Source of the DNA: Candidatus Eiseniibacteriota bacterium
GTDB taxonomy: Bacteria > Eisenbacteria > RBG-16-71-46 > CAIMUX01 > VGJL01
Reading direction: 5' to 3'
Length of the DNA stretch: 64,000 nt
Assembly (NCBI GenBank): GCA_041946735.1
Contig: JBHGAY010000024.1
Coordinates: 14,715 to 78,714 of the forward strand
The notes under the pieces were generated by a model. The model saw only the letters and a list, made by a program, of their open reading frames with translations, did no database searches and was not told the DNA's origin. Numbering within the stretch: the stretch's first letter is position 1; each line of letters begins with the position of its first letter. The position numbers and the translations under genes were made by a program. This document shows, piece after piece, positions 1 through 10,386 of this stretch.

Positions 1-608
1 TCGACGATGATCGCCGCCAGCCGCCCCGGATTGTCGGCGACGATCCGCTCGACCGAGGCGAGGTCGTTGTAGCGGGCGACCGCCGTATCCCGCGCCATGC
101 CCGCCGTCACACCGGGACTGCTCGGATAGCCGAGCGTCGCTGCGCCCGAGCCGGCCTGGATCAGGAAGGAATCGGCGTGGCCGTGATACCCGCCGTCGAA
201 CTTGATCAGGAGATCCTTGCCGGTCACGCCGCGCGCCAGGCGCAGCGCGCTCATCGTCGCCTCGGTGCCGGAACTGACCAGCCGCACGCTCTCGATCGAG
301 GGCACCGCCTCGACGATCGTCTCGGCCATCTCGATCTCCGTGACGGTCGACGCTCCGAAGCTCGTGCCGTCGCGGGCCGCCCGCGTGATCGCCTCCACGA
401 CCGGCTCGGGCGCGTGGCCGAGGATCAACGGCCCCCACGATCCCACGAGGTCCAAGTACTCCCGCCCCTCCTCGTCCCAGACATGCGATCCGGCGCCGCG
501 CCGCAGGAACGGCGGCCCGCCACCGACCGCGCGGAACGCTCGTACCGGCGAGTTGACCCCTCCCGGGATCACCCGCAAGGCGCGCTCGAAGAGCGACGCG
601 TTGCTCAC
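1..608 (-). CDS. hemL: glutamate-1-semialdehyde 2,1-aminomutase, 5' part (runs off left edge)
   Basis: Manual minus-strand translation [29 protein letters not shown]...[15 protein letters not shown]...SGTEATMSA...[14 protein letters not shown] start overlaps the hemB stop (alternative ATG at 617). Confidence 0.93.
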   Translation of the reverse strand, partial: MSNASLFERALRVIPGGVNSPVRAFRAVGGGPPFLRRGAGSHVWDEEGREYLDLVGSWGPLILGHAPEPVVEAITRAARDGTSFGASTVTEIEMAETIVEAVPSIESVRLVSSGTEATMSALRLARGVTGKDLLIKFDGGYHGHADSFLIQAGSGAATLGYPSSPGVTAGMARDTAVARYNDLASVERIVADNPGRLAAIIV

Positions 609-1576
609 CGCAGCCATCGGGCCGCCTCCTTCGCGAAGTAGGTGAGGATCAGATCCGCTCCGGCGCGGCGGATCGCGGTCAGCGTCTCGAGCGCCGCCGC
701 GCGCCGGTCGATCCAGCCCCGCTCGGCGGCCGCGCACAGCATCGCGTACTCGCCCGATACGTTGTAGGCGGCCACCGGCAGGTCGAACTCGCTGCGCACG
801 CGCAGGATCACGTCGAGATAGGCAAGCGCCGGCTTCACCATCACGATGTCGGCCCCTTCCTCGACGTCGAGCGCGACCTCGCGCAGCGCCTCGCGCGCGT
901 TCGCCGGATCCATCTGGTATCCCTTCCGGTCGCCCGAACGCGGCGTCGATTCGGCCGCTTCCCGAAACGGACCGTAATAGGCGCTCGCATACTTGGCGGC
1001 GTAGGAGCAGATCGCCGTCTGCTCGAAACCCGCCTCGTCGAGCGCGGAGCGGATCGCGCCGACCCGTCCGTCCATCATGTCGGACGGAGCGACCACGTCG
1101 GCGCCGGCGCGCGCATACGCGAGGGCCGCGCGCGCGAGCAGGTCGAGCGTCGCGTCGTTGTCGACCGTCCCGTCGCGCAAGACGCCGCAATGTCCGTGGT
1201 CGGTGTACTCGCAGAGGCAGACGTCCGCCCAGATCGAAAGCCCCGGCAGCGACTCGCGCAGCGCGCGGATCGCCCGCGGCACGATCCCCTCGTCGTCGTA
1301 GCCCTCCGTGCCGGTGGCATCCTTGCGCTCCGGAATCCCGAAGAGGATGACCGCCGGGACGCCGGCGGCCTGCGCCTCGCTGCACTCCTCGACGAGACGG
1401 TCGATCGAGAGCCGCTCGACCCCCGGCATCGAGGAGACCGGCTCGCGGAGCCCGCTCCCATGCCTCACGAACAACGGCAGGATCAGATCGTCGACCGAGA
1501 GACGCGTCTCGCGGACCATTCGCCGTATCGTCTCGTTGCGCCGCAAGCGCCGGGGGCGCTCGGCCGGAAAGCTCAT
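605..1576 (-). CDS. hemB: porphobilinogen synthase (ALA dehydratase)
   Basis: [20 protein letters not shown]n motif, [20 protein letters not shown]. Confidence 0.97.
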   Translation of the reverse strand: MSFPAERPRRLRRNETIRRMVRETRLSVDDLILPLFVRHGSGLREPVSSMPGVERLSIDRLVEECSEAQAAGVPAVILFGIPERKDATGTEGYDDEGIVPRAIRALRESLPGLSIWADVCLCEYTDHGHCGVLRDGTVDNDATLDLLARAALAYARAGADVVAPSDMMDGRVGAIRSALDEAGFEQTAICSYAAKYASAYYGPFREAAESTPRSGDRKGYQMDPANAREALREVALDVEEGADIVMVKPALAYLDVILRVRSEFDLPVAAYNVSGEYAMLCAAAERGWIDRRAAALETLTAIRRAGADLILTYFAKEAARWLR

Positions 1577-3165
1577 CGCAAACCTCCCTCGATCCGGTCC
1601 CTCGTGATCGGACGGCCGGCACCGGCGGGGGCGGCGCCGCTACCGCCGCCGCCATCGCCGATTGCCTCCCCGGTCGCCTCCCTGCCGCTCGCCGGCTGCG
1701 CGTGACCGAGCAGCGCACGCTCGACCGCCTCCGCCATCCCTTCGTTCGAAGCCTCCCGCGCCTCCGCGTCCGGAGCCATGCCGAGCGAGCGCATCGCGGC
1801 CGCCGTCGTCGGACCGATCGCCACGACGCGGGGCCGCGGAGCGGGCGCTTCCCGCCACGCGCGGCCGAGCAGCGCCTCGAACGCGCGCGCCCCCGACGGG
1901 CTCGTCAGGCAGATCGCGTCGATCCTGCCCGCGAGGAGATCCGCCTCGATCGCTTCGAACGCGACGCCGCCGGAGAGCTCCGTGCGGTACGCGACGACCT
2001 CCGTCACCTCGACGCCGGCCGCGCGCAACCGCGCCGGCAACTCGGGCTGCGCCTGCTCGGCCCGCGGCAGGAGCGCGCGGAGTCCCGCAGGCCGATCGAC
2101 TCGCGCGAGCAGCGCGCCGGCGAGCGCGCCCCCGGTGGCGGTGGCCGCCACGAGATCGCACCGGCCGAAACGGTCACGCGCGCGGGCCGCCGTCGCCTCG
2201 CCCACCGCGCCGATCGCGGGACGATTCCCGGACAGCGGCCGGCCGGCCCCAGCCGGCGCCGCGCCGCCTTCCGTCGCGTCGGCGAACGCATCGACCCCGC
2301 GCGCGCTCGTGAAGAGGACCCAGTCGTACGAGGCCGCCCGGGCCGCAGCCTCCTCGAGCGGACGTCGATCCCGCGGGGGCTGCGTCACGAGCAGGGGCAG
2401 GTGGAGCGCAACTCCCCCGCGCCGCTCGATCGCAGCCGCCAGGCCGTCCCCCTCCTCGCGCGTCACGAGAATCCGCGCTCCCCGCAGCGTTCCGGCGATC
2501 CCGCTCCCCGCCGCGGCGCCTCCTGCCCCGAGGCCGCGCCACACGAAGTCGAAGAGCTGCTCGGGCTCCGCGTTGCCGCGTTGCGCGGCCTTCCCCTCGG
2601 CGAGACACCGCAGCGCCGCTCCCTCCAGCGCGCCGAGCACCAGATCGGTCGCCATCTCGACCGGCATCGCGCGCACGCTTCCTTCCGCAAGCCCTCGCTG
2701 CAGCTCTTCGCGCAGCAGGGAGCGGAGCCGGTCCCATCGGGGCGCCGCGCCGCCCTCCACCGCGCTGCCGATCGGGCAGGCCTCCTCCTTGCGCATCATG
2801 CGGAAGAAGTTCGGGTAGCGGAGCAGGAACAGGAGGACGTGGACGAGGATCTTCCTCAAGCGGAGCTTCGAGCTCTCCTCCCCCTCGAACGCCGCGCGCA
2901 ATCCCTCCATCAGGTGATCCATGCGCGAGTCGAGGATCGAGAGGTAGAGGTTCTCCTTCGAGGGGAAGTACAGGTAGAGCGTCCCCTTCGCCACCCCGGC
3001 GCGTTCCGCGAGCTCTTCCATCCGGACCTGGGAAAGCTCGCGCCCGGCGAAGAGCCCCGCCGCCGCTTCGAGGATCTCCTCGCGCCGGCTCCGGCCTCCG
3101 CCGCCGGCAGCGCCGTTGCCGTTCGCGCTCCTCGCGCGCCCGCCTCCCGCCTCCGCCGCCATCAC
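1573..3165 (-). CDS. hemD: fusion: N-terminal TetR/AcrR regulator + C-terminal uroporphyrinogen-III synthase (HemD)
   Basis: Tet[13 protein letters not shown]...[25 protein letters not shown]; HemD motifs [42 protein letters not shown]; sits between hemC and hemB. Confidence 0.9.
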   Translation of the reverse strand: MMAAEAGGGRARSANGNGAAGGGGRSRREEILEAAAGLFAGRELSQVRMEELAERAGVAKGTLYLYFPSKENLYLSILDSRMDHLMEGLRAAFEGEESSKLRLRKILVHVLLFLLRYPNFFRMMRKEEACPIGSAVEGGAAPRWDRLRSLLREELQRGLAEGSVRAMPVEMATDLVLGALEGAALRCLAEGKAAQRGNAEPEQLFDFVWRGLGAGGAAAGSGIAGTLRGARILVTREEGDGLAAAIERRGGVALHLPLLVTQPPRDRRPLEEAAARAASYDWVLFTSARGVDAFADATEGGAAPAGAGRPLSGNRPAIGAVGEATAARARDRFGRCDLVAATATGGALAGALLARVDRPAGLRALLPRAEQAQPELPARLRAAGVEVTEVVAYRTELSGGVAFEAIEADLLAGRIDAICLTSPSGARAFEALLGRAWREAPAPRPRVVAIGPTTAAAMRSLGMAPDAEAREASNEGMAEAVERALLGHAQPASGREATGEAIGDGGGGSGAAPAGAGRPITRDRIEGGLR

Positions 3166-4202
3166 GGCTCCCCCGGCTGCGCCGCTCCGCGCGCCCGCGC
3201 CTCCGCGAGAAGCTCCTTCGCCCCGGAGGCGAGAAGCTCGGCGGCCAGCGCGACGCCGGTCGCCTCGGCCTCCGCGATCGTCCCCTCGCGCGCGCCTCGA
3301 AGCAGCTTCCGCCCGTCGGGATCGGAGACCATCGCCTCCAGCCGCAGCCGCGGCCCTTGCCCCTGCCCCTTCCCCTGCCCCTGCCCCTGCGGATCTTGCG
3401 GGACGATCCGCGCCAGCGCCCCCACCGGAACCTGGCAGCCTCCCCCCAGCGCGTGCAGGAAGGCTCGCTCCGCCGTCACCGTCGCCCGCGTCACGGGATC
3501 CTCCAGGCGCGCGAGAAGCGTCGCCGCCCAGCCGTCCGCCTCGCGGATCTCGACGCCCAGCGCCCCCTGCGCCGGCGCCGGCAGCAGCAGGGAGGCCGGC
3601 AGGACTTCCGTCACGTGACGAAGCAGGCCGAGCCGCGCAAGACCGGCGTGCGCGAGGACCACCGCGTCCAGCTCGCCCCCGAGCGCCTTCTCGAGTCGCG
3701 TGGGGACGTTGCCGCGCAGCGGCAGGATCTGCAGATCGCCGCGCGCGTGCAGCAGCTGCGCCCGCCGCCGCAGGCTCGAGGTCCCGACCCGCGCCCCCTG
3801 CCGCAGGTCCGCGAAGCTCGACGCCCCGCTCGCGACGAGGACGTCGGCCGGCTCTTCCCGCGACAGGATCCCGCCGAGCGCGAGCCCGCCGGGCAGCTCG
3901 GTCGGAAGGTCCTTCAGGCTGTGCACGGCCAGGTCGATCGAGCCGGCGAGCAGAGCGCGCTCGATCTCCTCCGTGAACAGTCCCTTGCCACCGATCTCGG
4001 CGATTGGCTGGTTGAGGGCTCGATCCCCGCGGGTCGAGAGGATCTCGATCCTCACCTGGAGATCCGGCTCCAGCTCGCGCAGTCGCGCCGCGACGTGCTC
4101 CGCCTGCCAGCGCGCGAGCGCGGATCCGCGCGAGCCGATCGTGAGCTGCCGGCCGGCGCCGGGAGCAGGACCGCGCGCGCCCGCGTCAGCCGGCGTTTCC
4201 AT
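3162..4202 (-). CDS. hemC: porphobilinogen deaminase
   Basis: IGSRGSALARWQA, GGKGLFTEEIE, VHSLKDLP, GTSSLRR, RGNVPTRL, GGGCQVP. Confidence 0.97.
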   Translation of the reverse strand: METPADAGARGPAPGAGRQLTIGSRGSALARWQAEHVAARLRELEPDLQVRIEILSTRGDRALNQPIAEIGGKGLFTEEIERALLAGSIDLAVHSLKDLPTELPGGLALGGILSREEPADVLVASGASSFADLRQGARVGTSSLRRRAQLLHARGDLQILPLRGNVPTRLEKALGGELDAVVLAHAGLARLGLLRHVTEVLPASLLLPAPAQGALGVEIREADGWAATLLARLEDPVTRATVTAERAFLHALGGGCQVPVGALARIVPQDPQGQGQGKGQGQGPRLRLEAMVSDPDGRKLLRGAREGTIAEAEATGVALAAELLASGAKELLAEARARGAAQPGEP

Positions 4203-5466
4203 CGTGCCCTCCCAGTCCGAAGAGATGGCGGATCGTTTCGAGCGGCGCGAATCCGTCCGGACCGAGCCGCTGATATCCCCGGATCCGCACGCTCGGCTCG
4301 TGCAAGAGCTTGTTGACGATTCCGCGCGTGAGCGCGTCGAGCTGCTCGCGATCCTTCTCGCAGAACTTCCTGCCGAACCGTTCGACCTCCTGCGCCCGCA
4401 CCTCCTCGAAACGATCGCGAAGCGCCTTCAAGATCGGCGCCGCCCCGAGCGACTCGTACCAGCGCAGATACTGCTCGGTCTCATGGCGGATGATGCTCTC
4501 GACCTTCGGGATCTCCTTCGCGCGCCGCTCCAGGTTCTTCTGCACGAGGTCCTGCAGCGAGTCGACGTCGTAGAGAAACACGTTCGGCAGATCGCGCACG
4601 GCCGGCTCGACGTCGCGCGGCACGGCGATGTCGAGGATCAAGAGCGGTCGATTGCCGCGGGCGGCGAGCGCGCGCTTCACCGTCTCGTAGCGGACGATCG
4701 GGACGGGAGAAGCGGTGGCGCTGACGACGATGCTCGCGATCGTGAGCGCCCCCTCCAGCTCGGCGAAGGGAATCGCCCGGCCGCCCAGCATCCCGGCGAG
4801 CGAGGCCGCATGCTCCGGCGTGCGATTGGTCACGAGAAGCTCGCCGATCCCCTGGTCGCACAGGTGCCGGGCGGCAAGCGCCCCGGTCTCTCCCGAGCCG
4901 ATCAGCAGCGCCGTCTGCTGGCCCATGTCGGAGAAGATCCGCGAGGCGAGGGCGACGGCGGCGAAGCTCACCGACACCGCCCCGGACCCGATCTCCGTCT
5001 CGGTCCGCACCCGCTTGCCGACCCGGAAGGCGGCCTCGAGGAGGCGATGGAACAGCGGCCCGGCCGTCCCCGCGCGCCGCGCGATCTCGAACGCCTCGTG
5101 GACCTGTCCCAGGATCTGCACCTCTCCGACGACCATCGAGTCGATCGACGACGCCACCCGGAAGAGATGGCCGACCATCGACTCCCCGCAATAGCGGTAG
5201 AGGCTGTCCGCGTGCGCCGCGAGGTCCACGCCGCGCTTCTGCTGGACGAGCGCGCGGAAGTGCCGCTCGAGCGGCTCGCTCCCCTCGGCCAACGCGTACA
5301 TCTCGGTTCGGTTGCAGGTGGAGAGGAGCATCCGCTCGAAGATCGGCTCTCGATCGCCGAGCGGAACGCGCAGCGTCTCCTCCGCCTCGGCCGGAGTGAA
5401 GGCGACACGCTCCCGCAGCTCGATCCCGGCGGTGCGATGGTTCAGGCCGACGACGATGAGCTCCAT
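4186..5466 (-). CDS. hemA: glutamyl-tRNA reductase
   Basis: Start MELIVVGLNHRTA; LSTCNRTE, VVGEVQILGQV, DIAVPRDV. Confidence 0.96.
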   Translation of the reverse strand: MELIVVGLNHRTAGIELRERVAFTPAEAEETLRVPLGDREPIFERMLLSTCNRTEMYALAEGSEPLERHFRALVQQKRGVDLAAHADSLYRYCGESMVGHLFRVASSIDSMVVGEVQILGQVHEAFEIARRAGTAGPLFHRLLEAAFRVGKRVRTETEIGSGAVSVSFAAVALASRIFSDMGQQTALLIGSGETGALAARHLCDQGIGELLVTNRTPEHAASLAGMLGGRAIPFAELEGALTIASIVVSATASPVPIVRYETVKRALAARGNRPLLILDIAVPRDVEPAVRDLPNVFLYDVDSLQDLVQKNLERRAKEIPKVESIIRHETEQYLRWYESLGAAPILKALRDRFEEVRAQEVERFGRKFCEKDREQLDALTRGIVNKLLHEPSVRIRGYQRLGPDGFAPLETIRHLFGLGGHDGNAG

Positions 5467-6293
5467 GCCGGTCCCGCGAAGTGGTGGAAGCTGTGAAGGA
5501 ATGCCCCGACGAGGAGAAGCGCGATCCCCATCAGGAGGAATCCGGAGATCGACAGGTAGATCGCGCGCTTCCCTCGCCATCCCAGCCGGTAGTACGCCAG
5601 CACGCATGCCAGATAGATGCACCAGACGGTGACGGTGAGCAGGAACATCGGATCGCGCGTGAAGCCGTGCACCAGGCGACTCGCCCAGAAGATCCCCGCC
5701 ACGATCGCGACGGTCAGCGACGCGAGGCCGAGCACCGCCGCGCGGATGTTCATCCGCCCGAGGACGTCGAGCGGCGGGAGCCTCCGGTAGACGAGGCCGA
5801 AGCGCGAGGCCTTCAGCTCGTGATAGAGCAGGAGGAACAGGAAGCCGTAGATCGCCGAGACGGCGAACGCCGCATAGCCGAGGATCGCGAAGCCGGTATG
5901 CAGTCCGAACCACGGCAGCCGCAGCAGCTCCGGCACCTCCGCATCGAGCGCGATCCGCCCCGAGGAGGCGAACTGCAACAGGGTCGAGAACGCGAGCAGG
6001 AAGAAGCCGGTCGAGAGGTTCTTCGTGCGCGTCTCCACGTAGAAGTATGCGACCGCCGTAGCGAAGGCGATCACCGAGAGGAACTCCGGCGCGTTGGCGA
6101 GCGGCATGCGCCGGTGCGCGAGCACGAACGAGACGAGATAGAGGAGGTGGACCGAGAGCGTTGCCATCAGCGCAGGACGCGCCATGCGCCCGATACGGTC
6201 CCCCCGGCCGAAGAAGACGTATCCATAAAGGAGGAAGGTCGCCACGTAGAGCGTGGGGACCGCGCAGCGAAGGACGGCGAGCAGAGTGCTCAT
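5442..6293 (-). CDS. ccsA: cytochrome c biogenesis CcsA / HemX-like membrane protein
   Basis: About 8 hydrophobic segments, conserved His (LHTGF), GIFWA...RDP and GWRGKRA motifs; typical position upstream of hemA. Confidence 0.85.
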   Translation of the reverse strand: MSTLLAVLRCAVPTLYVATFLLYGYVFFGRGDRIGRMARPALMATLSVHLLYLVSFVLAHRRMPLANAPEFLSVIAFATAVAYFYVETRTKNLSTGFFLLAFSTLLQFASSGRIALDAEVPELLRLPWFGLHTGFAILGYAAFAVSAIYGFLFLLLYHELKASRFGLVYRRLPPLDVLGRMNIRAAVLGLASLTVAIVAGIFWASRLVHGFTRDPMFLLTVTVWCIYLACVLAYYRLGWRGKRAIYLSISGFLLMGIALLLVGAFLHSFHHFAGPAWSSSSSA

Positions 6294-6376
6294 TGGGGGA
6301 CCGAGCGCGTCACGGCGGCAACCTCCTGGTTCGGCGCCCCGCAGCCTCCCGCGGCTGCCGAACGCGCGGCGCGGCC

Positions 6377-6396
6377 TGCACTGACCGGTCAGTTCA
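6377..6396. promoter_or_regulatory. palindromic operator, probably TetR-type, at the start of the hem operon
   Basis: TGCACTGACCGGTCAGTTCA with a perfect 14-bp core ACTGACCGGTCAGT, immediately downstream of the predicted -10. Confidence 0.65.
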
Positions 6397-6402
6397 TCGC
6401 GA

Positions 6403-6432
6403 ATCGTAACGAGACCGTTCTGCGGGGGTCAA
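6403..6432 (-). promoter_or_regulatory. sigma70-like promoter of the ccsA-hem operon
   Basis: Minus strand TTGACC-18 bp-TACGAT in an AT-richer patch about 110 bp upstream of ccsA. Confidence 0.6.
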
Positions 6433-6603
6433 TGACCATTGGGTAATCGTTCTAACGTTGCGAGAAAGAGAATCTGGTGGGTTGGCCCGGCGGCCGGGAG
6501 GGTACGACCTCCCGTGAGCCCGCGCCTGCGCGGCGCGGCCCCTCGCGGGATCTGGCTCGACTTTCGCGATTTGCGGACCTGCGATCCGGATGTTCCGGAG
6601 GAC

Positions 6604-7353
6604 CTAGAAGGGCCTCTCCTCCTTGTCGAGGAACGCCTTCACCAGCTCGCTGAAGTCCTCGGCACCGCTGCTGCCGGGGGCGGTCACCTGGATCGGCGCA
6701 TGGAATCCGCCCGCCTCGGCGAGCCGCGCGTTCTCACGGATCGGCGGCAAGACGGAGGCGCCGTACACCTCGCGGAGCGTCGCCTCTACCTTCCCGCTGA
6801 GCCGTGTGCGCACCGTCCGGTTAGGGACGATTCCGGCAATCCGCAGGCGAGGATTGCGGTGCCTCTGCACCTGCTCCACGACCTCGATCAGAAGCCCGAG
6901 GATCTGGAGGTCCAGTTCGCGGGTCGTGACCGGCACGATGACGCCGTCGACCGACGAAAGGCTGGCGACGAGGAGCGATCCCCAGGTCGGCGGCGTGTCG
7001 ATCAGGACGTAGTCGATCTCGGGGTCGACCTGCCCCACGAGATTCGCAAGCCGCTCCCGCGTCGGATGCGCGCCGTTGTCGAACGGGGCGAGCATCCGGT
7101 TCCCCGGGGCGATCGTGAGGCCGGTGACCAGGGTGCTGGTCAGAACGTCGGCCAGCCGCTTCTCGCCGGCGAGGCTGTCCGCCAGGTTGCCGTTACAGGA
7201 CCGGGGAAGCAGATGGAAGCTGCTCGATCCCTGCGGATCGAGGTCGAAGAGCACGACGTTGCGTCCAGCCAGGGCCAGCCCGGCCGCGAGATTGACGGCG
7301 ATCGTGGTCTTGCCCGATCCGCCCTTGATGTTGGCGATCGCGTACGATCTCAT
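6604..7353 (-). CDS. parA: ParA/Soj family ATPase
   Basis: NIKGGSGKTT deviant Walker A, DLDPQG, IDTPP. Confidence 0.9.
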   Translation of the reverse strand: MRSYAIANIKGGSGKTTIAVNLAAGLALAGRNVVLFDLDPQGSSSFHLLPRSCNGNLADSLAGEKRLADVLTSTLVTGLTIAPGNRMLAPFDNGAHPTRERLANLVGQVDPEIDYVLIDTPPTWGSLLVASLSSVDGVIVPVTTRELDLQILGLLIEVVEQVQRHRNPRLRIAGIVPNRTVRTRLSGKVEATLREVYGASVLPPIRENARLAEAGGFHAPIQVTAPGSSGAEDFSELVKAFLDKEERPF

Positions 7354-7552
7354 CGCCCCTCCTTCTTTCGTAAGGTCGACGTCGCCAAAATGTCAGCCGC
7401 GAGGATAACAGCGAATTCATGCTGGGTCTAGCGGAAAGCGCGAGCGACGCGACGAAATGTCCGGCGGGACGGGCGTGCGGCAAAAGGATCACTCAAATGG
7501 AGCGGGACGATCCGGCCGGCGGGCGTGCCTGACGCCCGTGGTTCCTGAGGCT

Positions 7553-8083
7553 TCAGGCGCTCCGCGGCACCCAACCGGAGGGGTATCGGCGGGCGAGGTC
7601 GACGTACGTCTCCTTGAATCGGGTCCACTCCGCCTTGTACGCCTCGTCCACCTCACGATCGAGGACGCGCGCAGGGATACCGACCGCGATCCGCCCCGGC
7701 GGGATCTCCTGGCGCTGCTTGACCACCGCCCCCTCCCCGATCGCGGCCCACCGCCCGACCTTCGCCCAGTCGGAGACGATGGCGCCCATGCCGACGACCG
7801 CCCAGTCGTCGATCCGCGCCGCGTTGTGGATGATCGCTCCATGGCCGATCGTCACCCAGTCGCCGATCGTGCAGATCTCTCCCGGGCGGGCATGGATCAC
7901 GCAGTTGTCCTCGACGCTCGACGCCTCGCCGATCCGAATCGCGCCGTAGTCGCCGCGAAGCCGCGCGCCCGGACCGATCCAGCAGCGCGCGCCGATCACC
8001 ACGTCGCCGAAGACGTCCGCCGACGGATGGACCCACGCCCCTTCGCCGATTCTCGGATGCTTCCCTTCGAAGCTCGCGATCAC
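7553..8083 (-). CDS. gamma carbonic anhydrase family (hexapeptide repeat) protein
   Basis: P.IGEGAWVHPSA.V.GDV.IG, LRGD, VEDNCVIH, TIGHGAIIH. Confidence 0.9.
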   Translation of the reverse strand: MIASFEGKHPRIGEGAWVHPSADVFGDVVIGARCWIGPGARLRGDYGAIRIGEASSVEDNCVIHARPGEICTIGDWVTIGHGAIIHNAARIDDWAVVGMGAIVSDWAKVGRWAAIGEGAVVKQRQEIPPGRIAVGIPARVLDREVDEAYKAEWTRFKETYVDLARRYPSGWVPRSA

Positions 8084-8958
8084 CGCGTTTCCTCCGGGAC
8101 TTCGGCAGCTCCGTAGACCGCGTCCGGCCCCAGCCTCTCCGGAAACCGCCCTCGAAGCTCCCTGCGCGCGAGGAAGCAGAGATGGCAAGCATCCGCGAAG
8201 CGGCCGCGCAGGGGCAGACCGTGCTCCTCGACGAGGGCTGCCGGACCGCCCCGCGCGAGAGGCCCGAGGACCGGATCGGAGTCCGGGTCATAGCCGTGCA
8301 CGAGGTCGGCAAGGCTGTTCCACCAGAGGCTGCCGATCAGGACGCCATGGCAGAGGTGGACGTTGCCGAATGGGTCGACCCAGACCGCACGGGGATCGCG
8401 CACGCGCCCGTGCGCGCACGAGGTCCAGGCGCTCCAAGGGCGCGTGCCGGGAAGCGTCTTGCCCCCGAGCGCAAGTCCCAGCGCGAGCGCGGCGCGGCCG
8501 TTGTGCTCGAGCGCCTCGCTCGCCGGCTCCGCCTCGATCCCGATGTTCGCGGCGACGGCCAGCGCGCGGTCGGCGCGCGAATGATCCCCGCGGAAGATGT
8601 GGAACCGATCCCGGCTGACGACGAGCCGGTCGAGGCGAGCCTCGCGCAGCGGGTCGAGCCAGGCGACGGCCGCAGCCTCGTCGCTCGCCCAGTCTCCGTT
8701 GGTGTGGGCCGTGACACGGAAGCCGAGCGCCTTCGCCTCGCGAACCCCTTCGAGCAGCACCGGGAAGTAGAGGAACGGCTCCCCGCCGTCGAAGTGCACC
8801 TCCTCGACCGTCCCCAGCTCCGCCGCGTCGGCGAGGATGCGGCGCACCTCCGCGCAGCCCATCGCCCCCTGCTGCTCGGGAGAGCCGAAGACGTAGCAGT
8901 GCTCACAACGGTAGACACAGCGGTACGTGAGCAGGAGACCGAGAGATTGGAGACGCAT
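8080..8958 (-). CDS. radical SAM protein with C-terminal Cys-containing (SPASM-like) region
   Basis: CVYRCEHC (CxxxCxxC), GGEPF, HTNG, VDPFGNVHLC, DACHLC. Confidence 0.88.
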   Translation of the reverse strand: MRLQSLGLLLTYRCVYRCEHCYVFGSPEQQGAMGCAEVRRILADAAELGTVEEVHFDGGEPFLYFPVLLEGVREAKALGFRVTAHTNGDWASDEAAAVAWLDPLREARLDRLVVSRDRFHIFRGDHSRADRALAVAANIGIEAEPASEALEHNGRAALALGLALGGKTLPGTRPWSAWTSCAHGRVRDPRAVWVDPFGNVHLCHGVLIGSLWWNSLADLVHGYDPDSDPVLGPLARGGPAALVEEHGLPLRGRFADACHLCFLARRELRGRFPERLGPDAVYGAAEVPEETR

Positions 8959-9204
8959 CGTCTCGCTCCTTCCATCGGCAAGCAGAACGAGGGCCGGCCG
9001 TCGCAGTTTAGTCGAGCGCGCGCGCGTCGCGCAAGGACCGCGCCGGCGCTGCCGAACCCCGCGGGAGCCCGGCGGGAGCGCCGCGGGGGCAGCGCGGGAG
9101 GCCTGGTTGCGCGACGTCCGTCCGGGGCCGAGAATCGGCGGCGACCGCTCCACGCCGGCGGCGTGCCGGCGCCACGTATCCGACTCGCGCCGAGGGAGGT
9201 TTCC

Positions 9205-10257
9205 GTGAGATCTCTCCGCTTCCACGGAGTCGTTCGGGCCGCTGCCCTTTTCGCCTTCGCCGCGTCGATCGCCGCCGCTCCCGTTCGGGCGGCCGATCCG
9301 GTGAGCACCTTCTCCTGCGTCGGCTACGACCCGGAGACCGGCGACCTGGGCGTCATCGTCCAGTCGAAGTTCTTCGCGGTCGGGGCCGTCGTTCCGTGGG
9401 CGCGAGCGGGGGTCGGCGCGATCGCGACCCAGGCGTTCGCGAACACGACCTTCGGACCCCGGGGCCTCGACCTGCTCGCGGAAGGCAAGAGCCCCCAGGA
9501 GGCGATCGAAGCGCTCACGCGGCCCGACTCGCTACGCGATCGGAGGCAGGTCGGCATCGTGGACGCGACCGGCCGCAGCGCGACCTACACGGGTCCCGAA
9601 TGCCAAACCTGGGCCGGCGGGACGGCCGGCGCCGGCTTCGCCGCGCAGGGGAACATCCTCGCGGGCGAGGAGGTCGTGCGACGGATGGCGGCGGCGTTCC
9701 AGTCGACCGCCGGCATGCTGGGCGACCGCCTGCTCGCCGCGCTGGAGGCGGGACAGTCCGCGGGCGGGGATTCGCGCGGCATGCAGTCCGCCGCGCTGCT
9801 GATCGTCCGCAAGAACGGCGGCTACGGGGGCTACGACGACCGCTATTGCGACCTCCGCGTGGACGACGCGGCCGATCCGATCGCCGAGCTGCGGCGCCTC
9901 TATCAGATGTGGAAGCCCAACGCCCTGGTGACCGAGGGCTACCGGCTCGTCGAGGAGCGGCAGTTCGCGCGCGCGTACGACCTCGGCCAGGAGGCCGTGG
10001 CGCTCCAGCCGGAAGCGGGCGAGTACCGCTACCATCTCGCCTGCTACTACTCGCGTGGCGGGGAGCGCGAAAAGGCGATCGAGACTCTCGGCGAGGCGCT
10101 TCGCCGGGACTCCTCGCTGGCGCAGAACGCGGTCCGCGATCCGGACCTCGCCCCCTTGAAGGACGATCCGCGATTCGGCCGGATGCTGGAGGCGGCGACG
10201 AAGGCCCGCTCAGGAGACGCGAAGGGATCGAAGGAGCCCGAGCAAGGTGGGAACTGA
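9205..10257 (+). CDS. secreted DUF1028 (Ntn-hydrolase-like) protein with C-terminal TPR
   Basis: Signal peptide, then STFS...GDLGVIVQSKFFAVG, GAIATQA, AQGNIL, GGDSRG.QSAAL, DLRVDD; TPR-like YHLACYYS. Confidence 0.85.
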   Translation: MRSLRFHGVVRAAALFAFAASIAAAPVRAADPVSTFSCVGYDPETGDLGVIVQSKFFAVGAVVPWARAGVGAIATQAFANTTFGPRGLDLLAEGKSPQEAIEALTRPDSLRDRRQVGIVDATGRSATYTGPECQTWAGGTAGAGFAAQGNILAGEEVVRRMAAAFQSTAGMLGDRLLAALEAGQSAGGDSRGMQSAALLIVRKNGGYGGYDDRYCDLRVDDAADPIAELRRLYQMWKPNALVTEGYRLVEERQFARAYDLGQEAVALQPEAGEYRYHLACYYSRGGEREKAIETLGEALRRDSSLAQNAVRDPDLAPLKDDPRFGRMLEAATKARSGDAKGSKEPEQGGN

Positions 10258-10386
10258 TGCGCGGCCCCTCGGGCCGCGGTCTCCCGCGTGCGGGAGTTGC
10301 CGCGAGACGAAGCTGCAGCTTACGCGCGCCGGAGCTGCCGCGCGCCGGAGCTGCCGCGCGGCGGCGGCGCCGCCGCCATCTCTATA

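Noticed and set aside
4186..5913. 575-aa HemA with an N-terminal extension
   Set aside because: The extension overlaps ccsA in another frame; the real start is MELIVVG at 5466
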